Positions 29,019-38,961 of a stretch of DNA of 64,000 bases are shown here, in pieces (the first letter of the stretch is position 1; each line of letters begins with the position of its first letter). Both the position numbers and the translations under genes were made by a program. The DNA is taken from contig CAWCYI010000006.1 of NCBI GenBank assembly GCA_963799845.1, positions 736,001 through 800,000 on the forward strand, given 5' to 3'. Source of the stretch: an uncultured Nitrososphaerota archaeon (lineage in GTDB: Archaea; Thermoproteota; Nitrososphaeria; Nitrososphaerales; CADDZS01). Below the pieces are notes generated by a model. It ran no database searches, had not been told where the DNA came from, and worked only from the letters and a program-made list of their open reading frames with translations.

Positions 29019-29789
29019 TCAGAGTTCTGTCTTTAATCCATCTTCGGCGACTATGACATTCGCAAATTCTGACAATGCTTCTTTCATCATCAGGCTGGGA
29101 GTTTCACGATCATCGTTAACATGAGTCAGGACTAGGTTCTTCGCATCTGCCGACCTTGCTGATTGGGCAGCTTCCAGCGCGGTAGAGTGTTTCGGCGGTC
29201 TAGCTCGCTCAACGTCCTTTTGAAGAAAAGTCGCTTCGTGAATGAAAACGTCGGCCTCTCTTCCCAGAGCCTTCAAGGGCAGACAGGGCATGGTGTCGCC
29301 CGTGTACGACAAGATCTTCTGATCGGGACAGGTTAACCTGTAGCCCAAGCAGGGAATCGTGTGATCCATCTCGAAAGTGTCTGCCGAATAACCGGCAAAA
29401 CTGATTGTCTGATTCGGTACAAGCTCGACAAGTTCGATCTGAAATTCCCGCTTCGAAGCGACCTTTGTTATCCTCTGGACCATCCCGAAATATTCTGCTA
29501 GTCCGGCAGGCCCATAAACTCTGAGATTCGTCTTCCTTTTCCTTATTCCCATCGTTTCAATTATCTGCGTAATCCCTGTAACGTGGTCGGAGTGATAATG
29601 GGAGACCAGAATGTCGGAAATTGAATTAACGTCCGCGCCAAACTTCAGCAGGTTTCTTATCGCTCCGTCGCCGCAGTCGAGCAACACGAGTTCCTTAGTC
29701 TGGCTTTCAGAGAGACCAATGCACGCAAAGCCCCTCTCACGGCTCGGGACTGCCGATGATGTCCCGTAGAAGGTAACAGACGAGACCAA
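29019..29789 (-). CDS. rnz: Ribonuclease Z
   Basis: GTSSAVPS.ER, LLDCGDG, SHYHSDH, YTGDT, HEATF, KHST, LTH. Confidence 0.85.
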   Translation of the reverse strand: MVSSVTFYGTSSAVPSRERGFACIGLSESQTKELVLLDCGDGAIRNLLKFGADVNSISDILVSHYHSDHVTGITQIIETMGIRKRKTNLRVYGPAGLAEYFGMVQRITKVASKREFQIELVELVPNQTISFAGYSADTFEMDHTIPCLGYRLTCPDQKILSYTGDTMPCLPLKALGREADVFIHEATFLQKDVERARPPKHSTALEAAQSARSADAKNLVLTHVNDDRETPSLMMKEALSEFANVIVAEDGLKTEL

Positions 29790-29843
29790 AGTTTTCCGGG
29801 ATCACATTCGAAATTAGCACGTAAAAAAGGAACTGCCGGGAAT

Positions 29844-30257
29844 CTACTTTTTCGGTTTCTCTTTGCTCCGATTTTCAATCAGCCCGTCGTTGGTCAGGGA
29901 ATATTTGTTCGCCTTCGCCCAGAGCCGGATGAGATCTATCGAAAGTAACGCATCTTCGCCAATAAGCACGCGATCCTGCTTTTGGAGCTCCTCGTCAAAT
30001 CTCGCCTCCATGAAGGTCGTGCCGTTGATCTCCTCGGTTGTTATCGGGCGGTTCAACGTTTTTGAAAACATAGCAAAATCGATCATTTTCTTGGATTTGC
30101 TGACCAAGATTTTCAGCGAAATTATGTCTCCCGCCTCAATGCTGATTTCGTTTTCAGTCACAGGAACGACGATCAGGGAGCTGCCGAGCAGCCTTCTTCG
30201 TAAGTAGTCGAAGAGGCCGACGCTGTTGGGATCGATAACCTCATCGGGGCTCGCCAA
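29844..30257 (-). CDS. Hypothetical protein
   Basis: 137-aa ORF co-oriented with rnz and pduO. Confidence 0.6.
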   Translation of the reverse strand: MASPDEVIDPNSVGLFDYLRRRLLGSSLIVVPVTENEISIEAGDIISLKILVSKSKKMIDFAMFSKTLNRPITTEEINGTTFMEARFDEELQKQDRVLIGEDALLSIDLIRLWAKANKYSLTNDGLIENRSKEKPKK

Positions 30258-30391
30258 AGGAAAACATACTCCCCAACAAAACTGACGCCAGATAGCAACT
30301 TTGACTGCGTTATAATAGTGTCTGAGAGCGGTTTTCGAAAATTGTGAACGGCGGAGGTGCTTGTTACAGCAGTAGAGTTTAGTAAGATACC

Positions 30392-31075
30392 CTAGTTCTT
30401 CCCGTTCATGGAAGCGATTTTGGCGGGAAGGCTCTGCTTCTCTTCAGGAGAATGATTGTGATTTTCCTGTTTTGTTTCCGGCTTTGTCTGGGCCTGAAGG
30501 ACAGTAACAGGGGCAAAGTCCTTTTTCCACAAAGTATCTGGAACGCCCTGCGCCTTGTTTGCAAACCTCGCCAGGGTGAAAAGAAAATCGGAGAGCCTGT
30601 TTGTGTACGCCAGAATATTAGCATCAACTGGTTCTTCGGCGGACAAAGCGACTATGCTTCTCTCGGCACGTCTCGCAACCGTTCTTGCGAGGTGCAACCT
30701 GGCTGCAAGATCCGTCCCGTACGGAAGAATGAACGCCTTTATCGGCTGGACGTGCTCGTCCATGTGATCGATGCATTTCTCTAGATATTCGAGATCGGAA
30801 TCCTTTATCGAATAATTCTGGTCTTCGGTACCAGCGAGCGTCGCGCCCAGGGAAAAGAGCTTGTTTTGGACCGTCTCCAAGACTTGGTCGATGTAACTCA
30901 AAATCTCTCTGGAGCCAGATGATCCTTCGACTATGTACGACCTGGCGATCCCTATCGCTGCATTTGTCTCATCGATATCTCCGTAAGCACGGACTCGAAC
31001 ATTATCCTTCCGTACTCTCTTGCCTCCATAGAGGCCTGTTTCACCCTTGTCTCCAGTTTTTGTGTAGATTTTCAA
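30392..31075 (-). CDS. pduO: ATP:cob(I)alamin adenosyltransferase (PduO type)
   Basis: KIYTKTGDKGET, AYGDIDE, FILP.G, LHLARTVARRAER, NRLSDFLF; probable TTG start at 31075. Confidence 0.92.
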   Translation of the reverse strand: MKIYTKTGDKGETGLYGGKRVRKDNVRVRAYGDIDETNAAIGIARSYIVEGSSGSREILSYIDQVLETVQNKLFSLGATLAGTEDQNYSIKDSDLEYLEKCIDHMDEHVQPIKAFILPYGTDLAARLHLARTVARRAERSIVALSAEEPVDANILAYTNRLSDFLFTLARFANKAQGVPDTLWKKDFAPVTVLQAQTKPETKQENHNHSPEEKQSLPAKIASMNGKN

Positions 31076-31326
31076 TACATTATCAGTTCTTTCTTGGAAA
31101 GACAAACGACCTGTCATTCGAAGATGCATATTGGCTTTGTGTAGCGCGAATCAATAGACGATGGAACTTTTTCTGTAAAAACATCTTCTGGTGGAGTCAT
31201 CTGCGCTTTTTTGGTAAGATCGATTCGAATTTTACCAGTATCTAAATTTTTTTCAGTATACGGAGTAAGAGCTTTCATCTGAAAATAAATAGCTCGGGAA
31301 TATCACGGATGTTGTGAGGTTCAATT

Positions 31327-32973
31327 TTGAGCAGTGAGAGCTGGGGGTTAGACTCCCAGAATCGTCTGAAGATAAAGAGAGCTTTGCTTTCCGTCTACGA
31401 CAAGACCGGGCTGGCAGAGTTCGGAACCGCCCTGAAAAATCACGGCGTCGAGATCGTTGCAACCGGGGGTACGCAGGCATCCCTTGAAAAGTCTGGTATC
31501 AAGACCGTTCCGCTGGAAAAAATCGGGCACTTTCCCGAAATGCTCGACGGCAGAGTAAAAACTCTCCAACCCGAGATTTTTGCGGGCATCCTTGCGAGAA
31601 AATCCAGTTCCGACCACATGAAACATATCTCATCTCACGGGATCTCTCCGCTTGACATGGTCGTTTGCAACTTCTACGCCTTCGAGTCTGCGGCGGAGAA
31701 GGCAAATTCCACCGAGCAGGAGCTGATCGAGTTGATCGATATCGGCGGTCCGTCTCTTGTCAGGGCATCGGCGAAGAACTTCGAATCGGTCTGCGTTGTG
31801 CCCTCGGCCAAATACTACGGGGAGATTCAATCCGAGCTCGATTCCTCCAGCGGATCAATCTCCTACGAGACTAGACGAAAGATGGCGCTCGCTTCTTTTG
31901 AGATTGTCTCGGCTTACGACTGCGCAATTTACACTACTTTGAGCAAGCGGATGTATCCCCAAAAGTCGTTCTCCGACTCTTTCTTCGTCTCTGCGAGAGG
32001 TTTCGAGGTGCCGAAGTACGGAGAGAACCCTGATCAAAAAGCGATGATCTACGCGATCAACGGTGCGAAGGGAGGAATTCCCGAATGGAATCAAGTTTTT
32101 GGAGATACCCGTTCGTACAACAACCAGCTCGACGTCGCCTCTTCCTTCGAGATTCTGGAGGGATTCGAGGACTTTCCGGCTGCCGCGACCGTGAAACACG
32201 GTCAAATCTCGGGGTTTGCGTACTCTACCACGCTGTCAGACGCATACCGTCTTGCGCATGCATGCGACCCAGAGGCGGATTTTGGTAACACTACAGTATT
32301 CAATAGACGCATCGATGTAGAAACGGCAAAGCTCGTCGGAAAGAACGAAGGTACTGACGATGATTCCGTTTACACGGAGATCGTGCTGGCCCCCGGCTTC
32401 GAGGAGGAAGCCCTCGAGATTCTAAAAGCCAAGCAGAAAAAGAAGATGCGCCTAATTCAAACAACCGTCGGTTCATCGTATCCGTACGACGTCAAGATAA
32501 TTCAGGGTCTGACTCTTGTTCAGGAAGCTCCCGATTATCGAAAGAAACTAGATCCGACCAAAGTCACAACGGAGACGAAAGCAAAACCAACCGAAAAAGA
32601 TGTAGCTGTATTGCTCGGATTGTGGGAGTTAGCGAGAAGAGTCGAATCCAACGCCATCGTCATTGGAAGCGGAGAAGTCTCACCAGAAAACGGCAGCCTC
32701 AGAAAACTCTGGACACTTGGCGTCGGGAGTTTCAGGAAGCGCAACGGGGCGACGAAAATTGCCCTCGATAATGCCGGCGACAGAGCCCGGGGAGCGTACT
32801 GCGCTTCAGATGGGTTCTTCCCATTTCCGGACAGCGTCGAGATGCTGGGAAACTCCAGTGTGCGCGCCATAATTCAGCCCGGTGGATCCATCAGCGACAG
32901 GAAAGTAATCGAAATGTCGGACAAGTTTTCCATCCCGATGCTGTTCACGCATGAAAGAGCATTCAAGCATTGA
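31327..32973 (+). CDS. purH: Bifunctional AICAR transformylase/IMP cyclohydrolase
   Basis: RALLSVYDKTG, DGRVKTL, IDIGGPSLVRASAKN, YGENP.Q, VKH, ASDGFFPFPD, IQPGGS. Confidence 0.95.
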   Translation: MSSESWGLDSQNRLKIKRALLSVYDKTGLAEFGTALKNHGVEIVATGGTQASLEKSGIKTVPLEKIGHFPEMLDGRVKTLQPEIFAGILARKSSSDHMKHISSHGISPLDMVVCNFYAFESAAEKANSTEQELIELIDIGGPSLVRASAKNFESVCVVPSAKYYGEIQSELDSSSGSISYETRRKMALASFEIVSAYDCAIYTTLSKRMYPQKSFSDSFFVSARGFEVPKYGENPDQKAMIYAINGAKGGIPEWNQVFGDTRSYNNQLDVASSFEILEGFEDFPAAATVKHGQISGFAYSTTLSDAYRLAHACDPEADFGNTTVFNRRIDVETAKLVGKNEGTDDDSVYTEIVLAPGFEEEALEILKAKQKKKMRLIQTTVGSSYPYDVKIIQGLTLVQEAPDYRKKLDPTKVTTETKAKPTEKDVAVLLGLWELARRVESNAIVIGSGEVSPENGSLRKLWTLGVGSFRKRNGATKIALDNAGDRARGAYCASDGFFPFPDSVEMLGNSSVRAIIQPGGSISDRKVIEMSDKFSIPMLFTHERAFKH

Positions 32974-33428
32974 AACTTTCGAAAGAGCAGGCCGAATATC
33001 TTCGCAAGGGAAGGGTGGGAAGGCTCGCCACCATTGACGAAACCAATTCGGCTCATCTTGTCCCAATAGTCTATACCTGCATCGGAGACAGGATCTACTT
33101 TGTGGTTGACAGAAAAAAGAAACAATCGGGAAAGGCACTCAAGCGAATCCGAAACATTTCTGAAAATGAAAAAGCGACTCTGTTAATCGACAATTACTCC
33201 GAGGACTGGGACGAGCTCTCATACATGATGATTTACTGCCGGGCTGCAATAATCGGGCCGGGAGAGAGATATCGGGAAAAGCAGGCTGCCGCGAGAAAAT
33301 TGAAGGAGAAGTACGTCCAGTATGTAAAAGATGATTATTTTCCAGATGATATTGACAAAGCAGTTTTTGTCAAGCTGGAGCCTCAGAAAGCGATATTTTG
33401 GCGGAATTTGCGTCATTCTGTAGCCTAA
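32970..33428 (+). CDS. Pyridoxamine 5'-phosphate oxidase-like (PPOX class, F420/FMN-binding) protein
   Basis: VGRLAT...HLVPI, KRIRNI..N, LLIDNYSEDW..L, LKEKY.QY. Confidence 0.85.
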   Translation: MKLSKEQAEYLRKGRVGRLATIDETNSAHLVPIVYTCIGDRIYFVVDRKKKQSGKALKRIRNISENEKATLLIDNYSEDWDELSYMMIYCRAAIIGPGERYREKQAAARKLKEKYVQYVKDDYFPDDIDKAVFVKLEPQKAIFWRNLRHSVA

Positions 33429-33462
33429 TATAACATACCAGAATCAACCCACCCTGAGAACT

Positions 33463-34323
33463 ATGAGCGTTGCTCAGACAAAGAGTTATGCGCATCCAGA
33501 AGTCCTAGTCGACACAACCTGGGTAAGAGATCACCATAACGATCCGAACGTGCGGATTGCCGAGGTTGACTACGATCCGACCGCAAATTACAATCAGGGC
33601 CACATTCCAAATGCCATACTGTTTGATTGGAAGAAAGACATCAACGAGCCTGTAAGGAGAGACATTTTGAGCCAGTCTCAGCTCGAAGACTTGTTCAGCC
33701 GAAACGGAATTTCCAATAGCACCACACTGATTCTCTATGGAGATTTCAACAACTGGTTTGCTGCGTTTGCCTTCTGGGTCTTCAAGTATTACGGCGTGAA
33801 AGACGTCAGGTTGATGAACGGCGGCCGAAAAAAGTGGATTGAGGAAGACAAGGAGCTGACAAAGGATGTACCTTTAACTCAAAGATCTGACTACAAAGTT
33901 TCAAGGCCCGATGAATCCGTCCGAGTCTATCTCGATGACGTCAGAAAGGCGATCTCGGCTGGCAATGTCGCTCTGGTTGACGTTCGCAGTCCCAAAGAAT
34001 ATTCCGGCGAAATACTAGCTCCACCCGAGTACCCTACCGAGCACGCCCAGAGAGGCGGGCATATCCCCGGTGCTAAGAACATCCCCTGGGCGCAGGCAGT
34101 GAAAGACGATGGAACGTTCAAGACTGTCGAAGAACTCGAAAACCTCTACAAGCCAAAGGGCGTCACTCCGGACAAGGAGGTCATCGCATACTGCAGGATT
34201 GGCGAGAGGTCTTCGCACTCGTGGTTTGTATTGAAGTACCTTCTAGGATACCCTGACGTCAGAAACTACGATGGTTCCTGGACTGAATGGGGAAATCTGG
34301 TTCGCTCGCCTATCGAAAAATAG
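33463..34323 (+). CDS. Thiosulfate sulfurtransferase (tandem rhodanese)
   Basis: GHIPNA, LVDVRS, GGHIPGA, catalytic YCRIGERS, YDGSWTEW. Confidence 0.95.
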   Translation: MSVAQTKSYAHPEVLVDTTWVRDHHNDPNVRIAEVDYDPTANYNQGHIPNAILFDWKKDINEPVRRDILSQSQLEDLFSRNGISNSTTLILYGDFNNWFAAFAFWVFKYYGVKDVRLMNGGRKKWIEEDKELTKDVPLTQRSDYKVSRPDESVRVYLDDVRKAISAGNVALVDVRSPKEYSGEILAPPEYPTEHAQRGGHIPGAKNIPWAQAVKDDGTFKTVEELENLYKPKGVTPDKEVIAYCRIGERSSHSWFVLKYLLGYPDVRNYDGSWTEWGNLVRSPIEK

Positions 34324-35479
34324 ATTTTCCGAATTGCTCAAATCACATTTACCTCCTCCAAGGTTATGAGTCCCCTGTCCCCAACAATCTCTTTTACGTT
34401 CGTGAGAATCGGCAGAATCTTCTCTGGTTAACACTGTAACAATTATTGAAAACTGACTATTGGAGAGATATCCAAGTTGGTTTCCGAGCGTTGCGACAAT
34501 TGTTCCCACAGTTAGTCCTGTGCTGAAAAGCATCGTTGAAAATATCGGAGCCTCTGGAATCCACTTTTTGCAAAGTGCATAAACTCCGACGAATTTTGAG
34601 CCTAGTTTAGTCCCCAACAAGCCCAAGACTAGCAGGATATTTGCAATAACTACAGGAAGAGCAATTAACATTCCAGCCCGTATGAAAAAGGCTGGGGCAA
34701 GAAGAGTGAATGTGACTGTCCTCATTTTCGAGAGAATTTCCTGATGTTCCTGAATTGAATTTGCAAAAATCAAACCCAGCACAAAGGCACCAAAAACTGA
34801 ATGCAGGTCTGCTTGGTCTGCAAAGAAGGAAATCGCAAGCAATATTGCGAGGACGAATCTGAGTTCTAATTCGACTGCTCTTTTTCCGAAATTACGAATA
34901 ACATTTCTCAGTAATCTTGGAACTATTGGAATGAGAGCAATCAGCACAACGAAGAAAGCAATTGTATAAAGGTCGAATGTCGTCTGGATGAAATTTATTC
35001 CAATCAGAGTAAGGATATCGTTTACAAAAGTTACGGCGATTATCGTTTTTTGCGGTTGGGGTCTTGATAATTTCGTATTCTGACAAGACAGCATATACTA
35101 CGGCAACGGACGTAGTAGTTAGAGCTAGACCACCTGCTAGTCTTGCATCCCAAGTCCAATTTGTGAAAACTGTAAGAAATCCAATTATTCCTATAAGGGG
35201 AGCGACAAACGCCATCGTCCCGATTCCGAAGCTTTGCTTCGCCTGCTTACGCAGAAGGATGAACTCGACTTCTGAACCTGCAAGAAATGTAAGAACCAGT
35301 CCGCCAAACGTCCCAAGAAAATCGAGCCACGGAGCAATAGATAATCCTAGGAGGTTTGCGAGGATTACACCCGCCGCAACTTCAAAGATTGAGGAGGAAA
35401 TTCTTGACCTTATTCCGATTATTCCTGCAACGACTACTGCTATCGCAACTAGTGCTGGTAAATACAGGCTTACTGTCAT
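34243..35479 (-). pseudogene. Cation:proton antiporter (CPA2), frameshifted at 35046-35051 with aberrant C-terminus
   Basis: LTFLAGSE, LTTTSVAVVYAVL, VTFVNDI, FGAFVLG, PAFFIRAG, STGLTVG; extra A in an A6 run; homology is lost after ~34430. Confidence 0.75.
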
Positions 35480-35515
35480 ACGGTTTTCTCATGCTCGCCA
35501 TTTTCGAATTACCTT

Positions 35516-35572
35516 GGTAGAGACTATTGGCTCATCTTTTTCGATGAGCGGTTAACGGCGAGCCTCACCGCC
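35516..35572 (-). ncRNA. Fluoride (crcB) riboswitch
   Basis: GGCGGTGAGGCTCGCCGTTAACCGCTCATCGAAAAAGATGAGCCAATAGTCTCTACC: P1 GGCG/CGCC, hairpin GCTCATC/GATGAGC, pseudoknot GAGGCT/AGTCTC, 3' CTAC; 36 nt before the antiporter start. Confidence 0.85.
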
Positions 35573-35702
35573 TGACAATTAAATGGGTTCAAAAACATCT
35601 ATATGATTTTGCCGGTGCATTCGGTCAAAAAACTCTGGGTCGAACGAAACTAGTATCTATGACTTTGGCCCATTTTTCATAATTTTAGAGGACTGCCCGG
35701 AC

Positions 35703-36371
35703 CTAAACTTTCTTGACGATAAAGTGGTAAAGATTTTCCTCCCGTCTAGTCTCGACCAGCTCGTTTCCGGTCTGCATCGACCAGCGGACCATTTCAATGT
35801 CAGCGGTAGGATCGTCTGTCACCAAATGAACCACGTAGCCCCTCGGCTTGTCCGAGAGGAGTTCGCTCAGATTTGCCAGAGTGGTCGTACATTCTGTTCC
35901 AATCGAATACATGTCTTCATCGGGAAGAAGTTTGAAGCATCTTATCCTGAGTTCTCTAATTCTTGAAAGCAGCTTTTCCCTCGCATCCGATCCAAGGGAA
36001 AGACCGTTGAGAGATCCTTCTTCAAAATCCTGATATTCGGCCATCCAATTCTCGTACGGAGACTCTGAGACCAGGGCAGGATTGGATAGGAGAACCTCGT
36101 TAAACCTCGAAATCTTTCCCTGGATTGGAGACCGAACCGCGCCGAAGTACCTTATTGATTCAATCGTCGCAATGCTCTGCCCTCTTTTTGTTTCGCCGAT
36201 AATCGGGCGATATTTTATCCCTGAGATCTTTCCTGCGAGAAACACAAGAACGCTGGAGATTCCCATCCGACCAATTTTCCTTTGAGATCCGGTCTCAATC
36301 TTCTGGAACCAAACATCGTTTTCGACATCGTAGAAAAGCTTGTCCGGGAACTCGCAATGATCAATATTCAC
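35703..36371 (-). CDS. GcvH/lipoyl-carrier-like domain fused to TusA/SirA domain
   Basis: N-terminal PDKLFYD..VW, ATIESIR, VRSPIQG, NPALV..SPY..W; C-terminal IGTEC, LVTDDPTA..E..RW...G, FIVKK. Confidence 0.8.
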   Translation of the reverse strand: MNIDHCEFPDKLFYDVENDVWFQKIETGSQRKIGRMGISSVLVFLAGKISGIKYRPIIGETKRGQSIATIESIRYFGAVRSPIQGKISRFNEVLLSNPALVSESPYENWMAEYQDFEEGSLNGLSLGSDAREKLLSRIRELRIRCFKLLPDEDMYSIGTECTTTLANLSELLSDKPRGYVVHLVTDDPTADIEMVRWSMQTGNELVETRREENLYHFIVKKV

Positions 36372-36559
36372 GCCGAAAATAATCCTCGCTTCTTATTGAA
36401 TGACGATATGATAGCTCCCGCCTAATTAATGAAGGGATAGATGCAACTCTGCATCGCGTTGATAGACAGAAATTAGGATAAGAAACTACGGGTGTGCGAT
36501 AGTTTTGGAGAAACGACGCCTTAGAATCCTTAATAGCTAATTCAGCAGGCAAAAACGAC

Positions 36560-36997
36560 ATGAAAGACGAAACCAGAGATTATCTAGTTCAAGAGATGGG
36601 GAGGGTTCACGAAGTGTTCCAGACGCTGGATAGATATGATCCGGAGCTTGTTGATTCACTCGCCTCTCTGAGACGAAGCGCGATCCCCGGCCTGAATGAT
36701 ACCAAGGCTGTGCTGCCCGCAAAGTACCGGGAGCTGATCATGGTTGGAGTTGAGGCGGCCACGGGGCGGGGCGAGAAGGGTAAGAGCCACGCGCGAAAGG
36801 CGATTAGGGCCGGCGCTTCCCCAAAAGAAGTCCAGGAGGCGCTCGCCCTCTGCATCTACCTCGTTGGAATGAGCAGCTGGGTCGATGGCGGAATGGAATG
36901 CGTTCTCGCAGCTGAAGAAGAAGACGCCAAGATAAAGCGTGGGGAGAAATTCAACTGGACGGCGGAAGTTCCCTCGGCTCATTCGAAAAAGGAATGA
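36560..36997 (+). CDS. Carboxymuconolactone decarboxylase (CMD/AhpD-like) family protein
   Basis: LPAKYRELIMV, HARKAIRAGASPKEVQEAL. Confidence 0.85.
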   Translation: MKDETRDYLVQEMGRVHEVFQTLDRYDPELVDSLASLRRSAIPGLNDTKAVLPAKYRELIMVGVEAATGRGEKGKSHARKAIRAGASPKEVQEALALCIYLVGMSSWVDGGMECVLAAEEEDAKIKRGEKFNWTAEVPSAHSKKE

Positions 36998-37043
36998 AGC
37001 GTCATCTTCGACAGTAATCATTGCGGTCGGTTAGGGCATACCA

Positions 37044-38042
37044 TTGAAATTCGGAGTAAGGCTTCCCAATTCGGGACCGCTTGCAAACCGGATAAACATC
37101 GTGGAGGTCGCCGAAGAAGCAGAGAATCTGGAATTTCACTCGGTCTGGGTTCACGATCACATCCTCTGGGGTACGGAACAGCACAGAACCCATCTCTCCG
37201 CGGGTTCCGCCGAAGCGCTTGAGGAGTCCCAGAGGCCGAATTTCTACGAGTCGGTCACCACGCTTTCTTACATCGCCGGAAGAACGAAATCGGTGAAGCT
37301 CGGCGTAGCGGTACTCGTCTTGCCCCTCAGAAACCCGCTTGTTCTGGGAAAGCAGCTCGCCAACCTGGACGTTCTTTCCGAAGGCAGGTTGATCGTCGGG
37401 GTCGCGCCGGGTGCTCCCAATATTACAAAACACGAATTTGAGGCCGTCGGAGTGGATTACGAGCAACGCGGGAAAATCACCGATGAATACATCTCTGCTC
37501 TGAAAAAAATCTGGAACGAGAACCTCCCAACTTTCTCAGGGGCATTCTTGAATTTCAGTGATGCCCAGATATTTCCAAAGCCTCTGCAGAAGAATCTGAA
37601 AATCTTGATCGGAGGAGGCGAGAGAGGAATCAGCCCACGGGCGCTGAGAAGAGTGGTCGAGCTCGGCGACGGTTGGATACCGGCCTATCTGACTCCAGTC
37701 GAGATTAGGGACGGTGTTGCGAAGATCAATGAGGAGTTTCGGTCTCGGGGAAGGGATCCTTCCGGCTTGACAATCGTGCACGAGATGTTCACAGCAGTGG
37801 ATAGTGATTCTTCACACGCAGCGGCATTAGCAGCAAAGAGCCTTTCGACCAATTTTGTCTCAGTCGAAGAAGGCATGAAGAGGAGCCTCGTTGGAAGTCC
37901 ATCAGAACTTGTAAGGAAGCTTGAGCTTTATTCTTCTGCTGGAGTGAATGTTACTGAACTGAAATTTATTTATTCGGAAATTCTATCTTTGCTCAAGATG
38001 ATGAAACTTTTCGCAGAGGAAATCCTGCCCTCGTTCAGCTAA
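37044..38042 (+). CDS. LLM-class F420-dependent oxidoreductase
   Basis: SVWVHDH, KLGVAVLVLPLRNP, LDVLSEGRL, FPKPLQ, GDGWIP. Confidence 0.9.
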   Translation: MKFGVRLPNSGPLANRINIVEVAEEAENLEFHSVWVHDHILWGTEQHRTHLSAGSAEALEESQRPNFYESVTTLSYIAGRTKSVKLGVAVLVLPLRNPLVLGKQLANLDVLSEGRLIVGVAPGAPNITKHEFEAVGVDYEQRGKITDEYISALKKIWNENLPTFSGAFLNFSDAQIFPKPLQKNLKILIGGGERGISPRALRRVVELGDGWIPAYLTPVEIRDGVAKINEEFRSRGRDPSGLTIVHEMFTAVDSDSSHAAALAAKSLSTNFVSVEEGMKRSLVGSPSELVRKLELYSSAGVNVTELKFIYSEILSLLKMMKLFAEEILPSFS

Positions 38043-38444
38043 TCAAGTAAATCTCGACACGGCGCGAAGCACCGTAAAAAGCGCGCTGTGATTCTCCTGA
38101 GTTATCTCGGCAGCGTGCCTGAACCTTACCGAATCAAAGATCGATCCCTTGACATCGACCAGGCCGTTGCTGAAAGCCTCGTCCTGATCAATCTTTCCCG
38201 TCAGCATCCCGTAAAACAGGTCAGCGTTGGAGTAGAAGACAACGTCCGCATTCTCCAACTTGTGATCTATAAAATTGATTGAAGAATCTTTTGAGAAGAC
38301 TACTCCGAACGGCTTTTCTCCGATCAGGTCAAACTCGATTCTGCTTTCCCACCCGAAGGTAAACTCCTTGACCTCCTTCGTCTTGCTCATGTAATCGACG
38401 AGAAGAGTTACCGCTCTTGCACATTTGCCGACCAATTTATTCAC
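38043..38444 (-). CDS. SCP2 sterol-carrier domain protein
   Basis: ADVVFY..ADLF..MLTGKID..EAFSNGLVDVKGS. Confidence 0.75.
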   Translation of the reverse strand: MNKLVGKCARAVTLLVDYMSKTKEVKEFTFGWESRIEFDLIGEKPFGVVFSKDSSINFIDHKLENADVVFYSNADLFYGMLTGKIDQDEAFSNGLVDVKGSIFDSVRFRHAAEITQENHSALFTVLRAVSRFT

Positions 38445-38447
38445 CAG

Positions 38448-38960
38448 CTATTTCGGAATTGGAGCTCCAGCTTTTTCTTGCCGCAAACTTTTCGCGGCTG
38501 CAAATATAGATTCCAATATTCTTCCGTAACCTGTGCAACGGCAGATGTTCCCCGCAAGAGCCTCCTGAATATCGACGAGTGAAGGGTCTGGATTTTTGTC
38601 GAGAAGGCACTTTGTCGAAATCATAATTCCACTCGTGCAGTAGCCGCACTGCAACCCGCCGTTAACAAGAAAGCTTTCCTGAATCATCGAGAGCGCGTCT
38701 CCTCCGATGCCATTGTTTGCGGCCAGCCCTTCAACGGTCAGTATCTCTTTCCCTTCCGCATACTGGGCCGGAAACATGCAGGAGTAAATGGCTTTCCCGT
38801 CGATAGAAACGGTGCAGGCTCCGCAGCCGCCGTAATCGCAGCCTCTCTTCGTCCCTATCATTCCTAACTCTTCCCGCAAAACACGCGACAGAGTATCGTA
38901 CGGTTTCAGCCGTACGCTTTCCTCTCTGCCGTTAACTTTCAGGACAACTGAATCTGTCAT
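38448..38960 (-). CDS. Molybdenum hydroxylase [2Fe-2S] subunit (CoxS/CutS)
   Basis: GCDYGGCGAC, QCGYCTSG, GNICRCTGY. Confidence 0.95.
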   Translation of the reverse strand: MTDSVVLKVNGREESVRLKPYDTLSRVLREELGMIGTKRGCDYGGCGACTVSIDGKAIYSCMFPAQYAEGKEILTVEGLAANNGIGGDALSMIQESFLVNGGLQCGYCTSGIMISTKCLLDKNPDPSLVDIQEALAGNICRCTGYGRILESIFAAAKSLRQEKAGAPIPK

Positions 38961-38961
38961 G

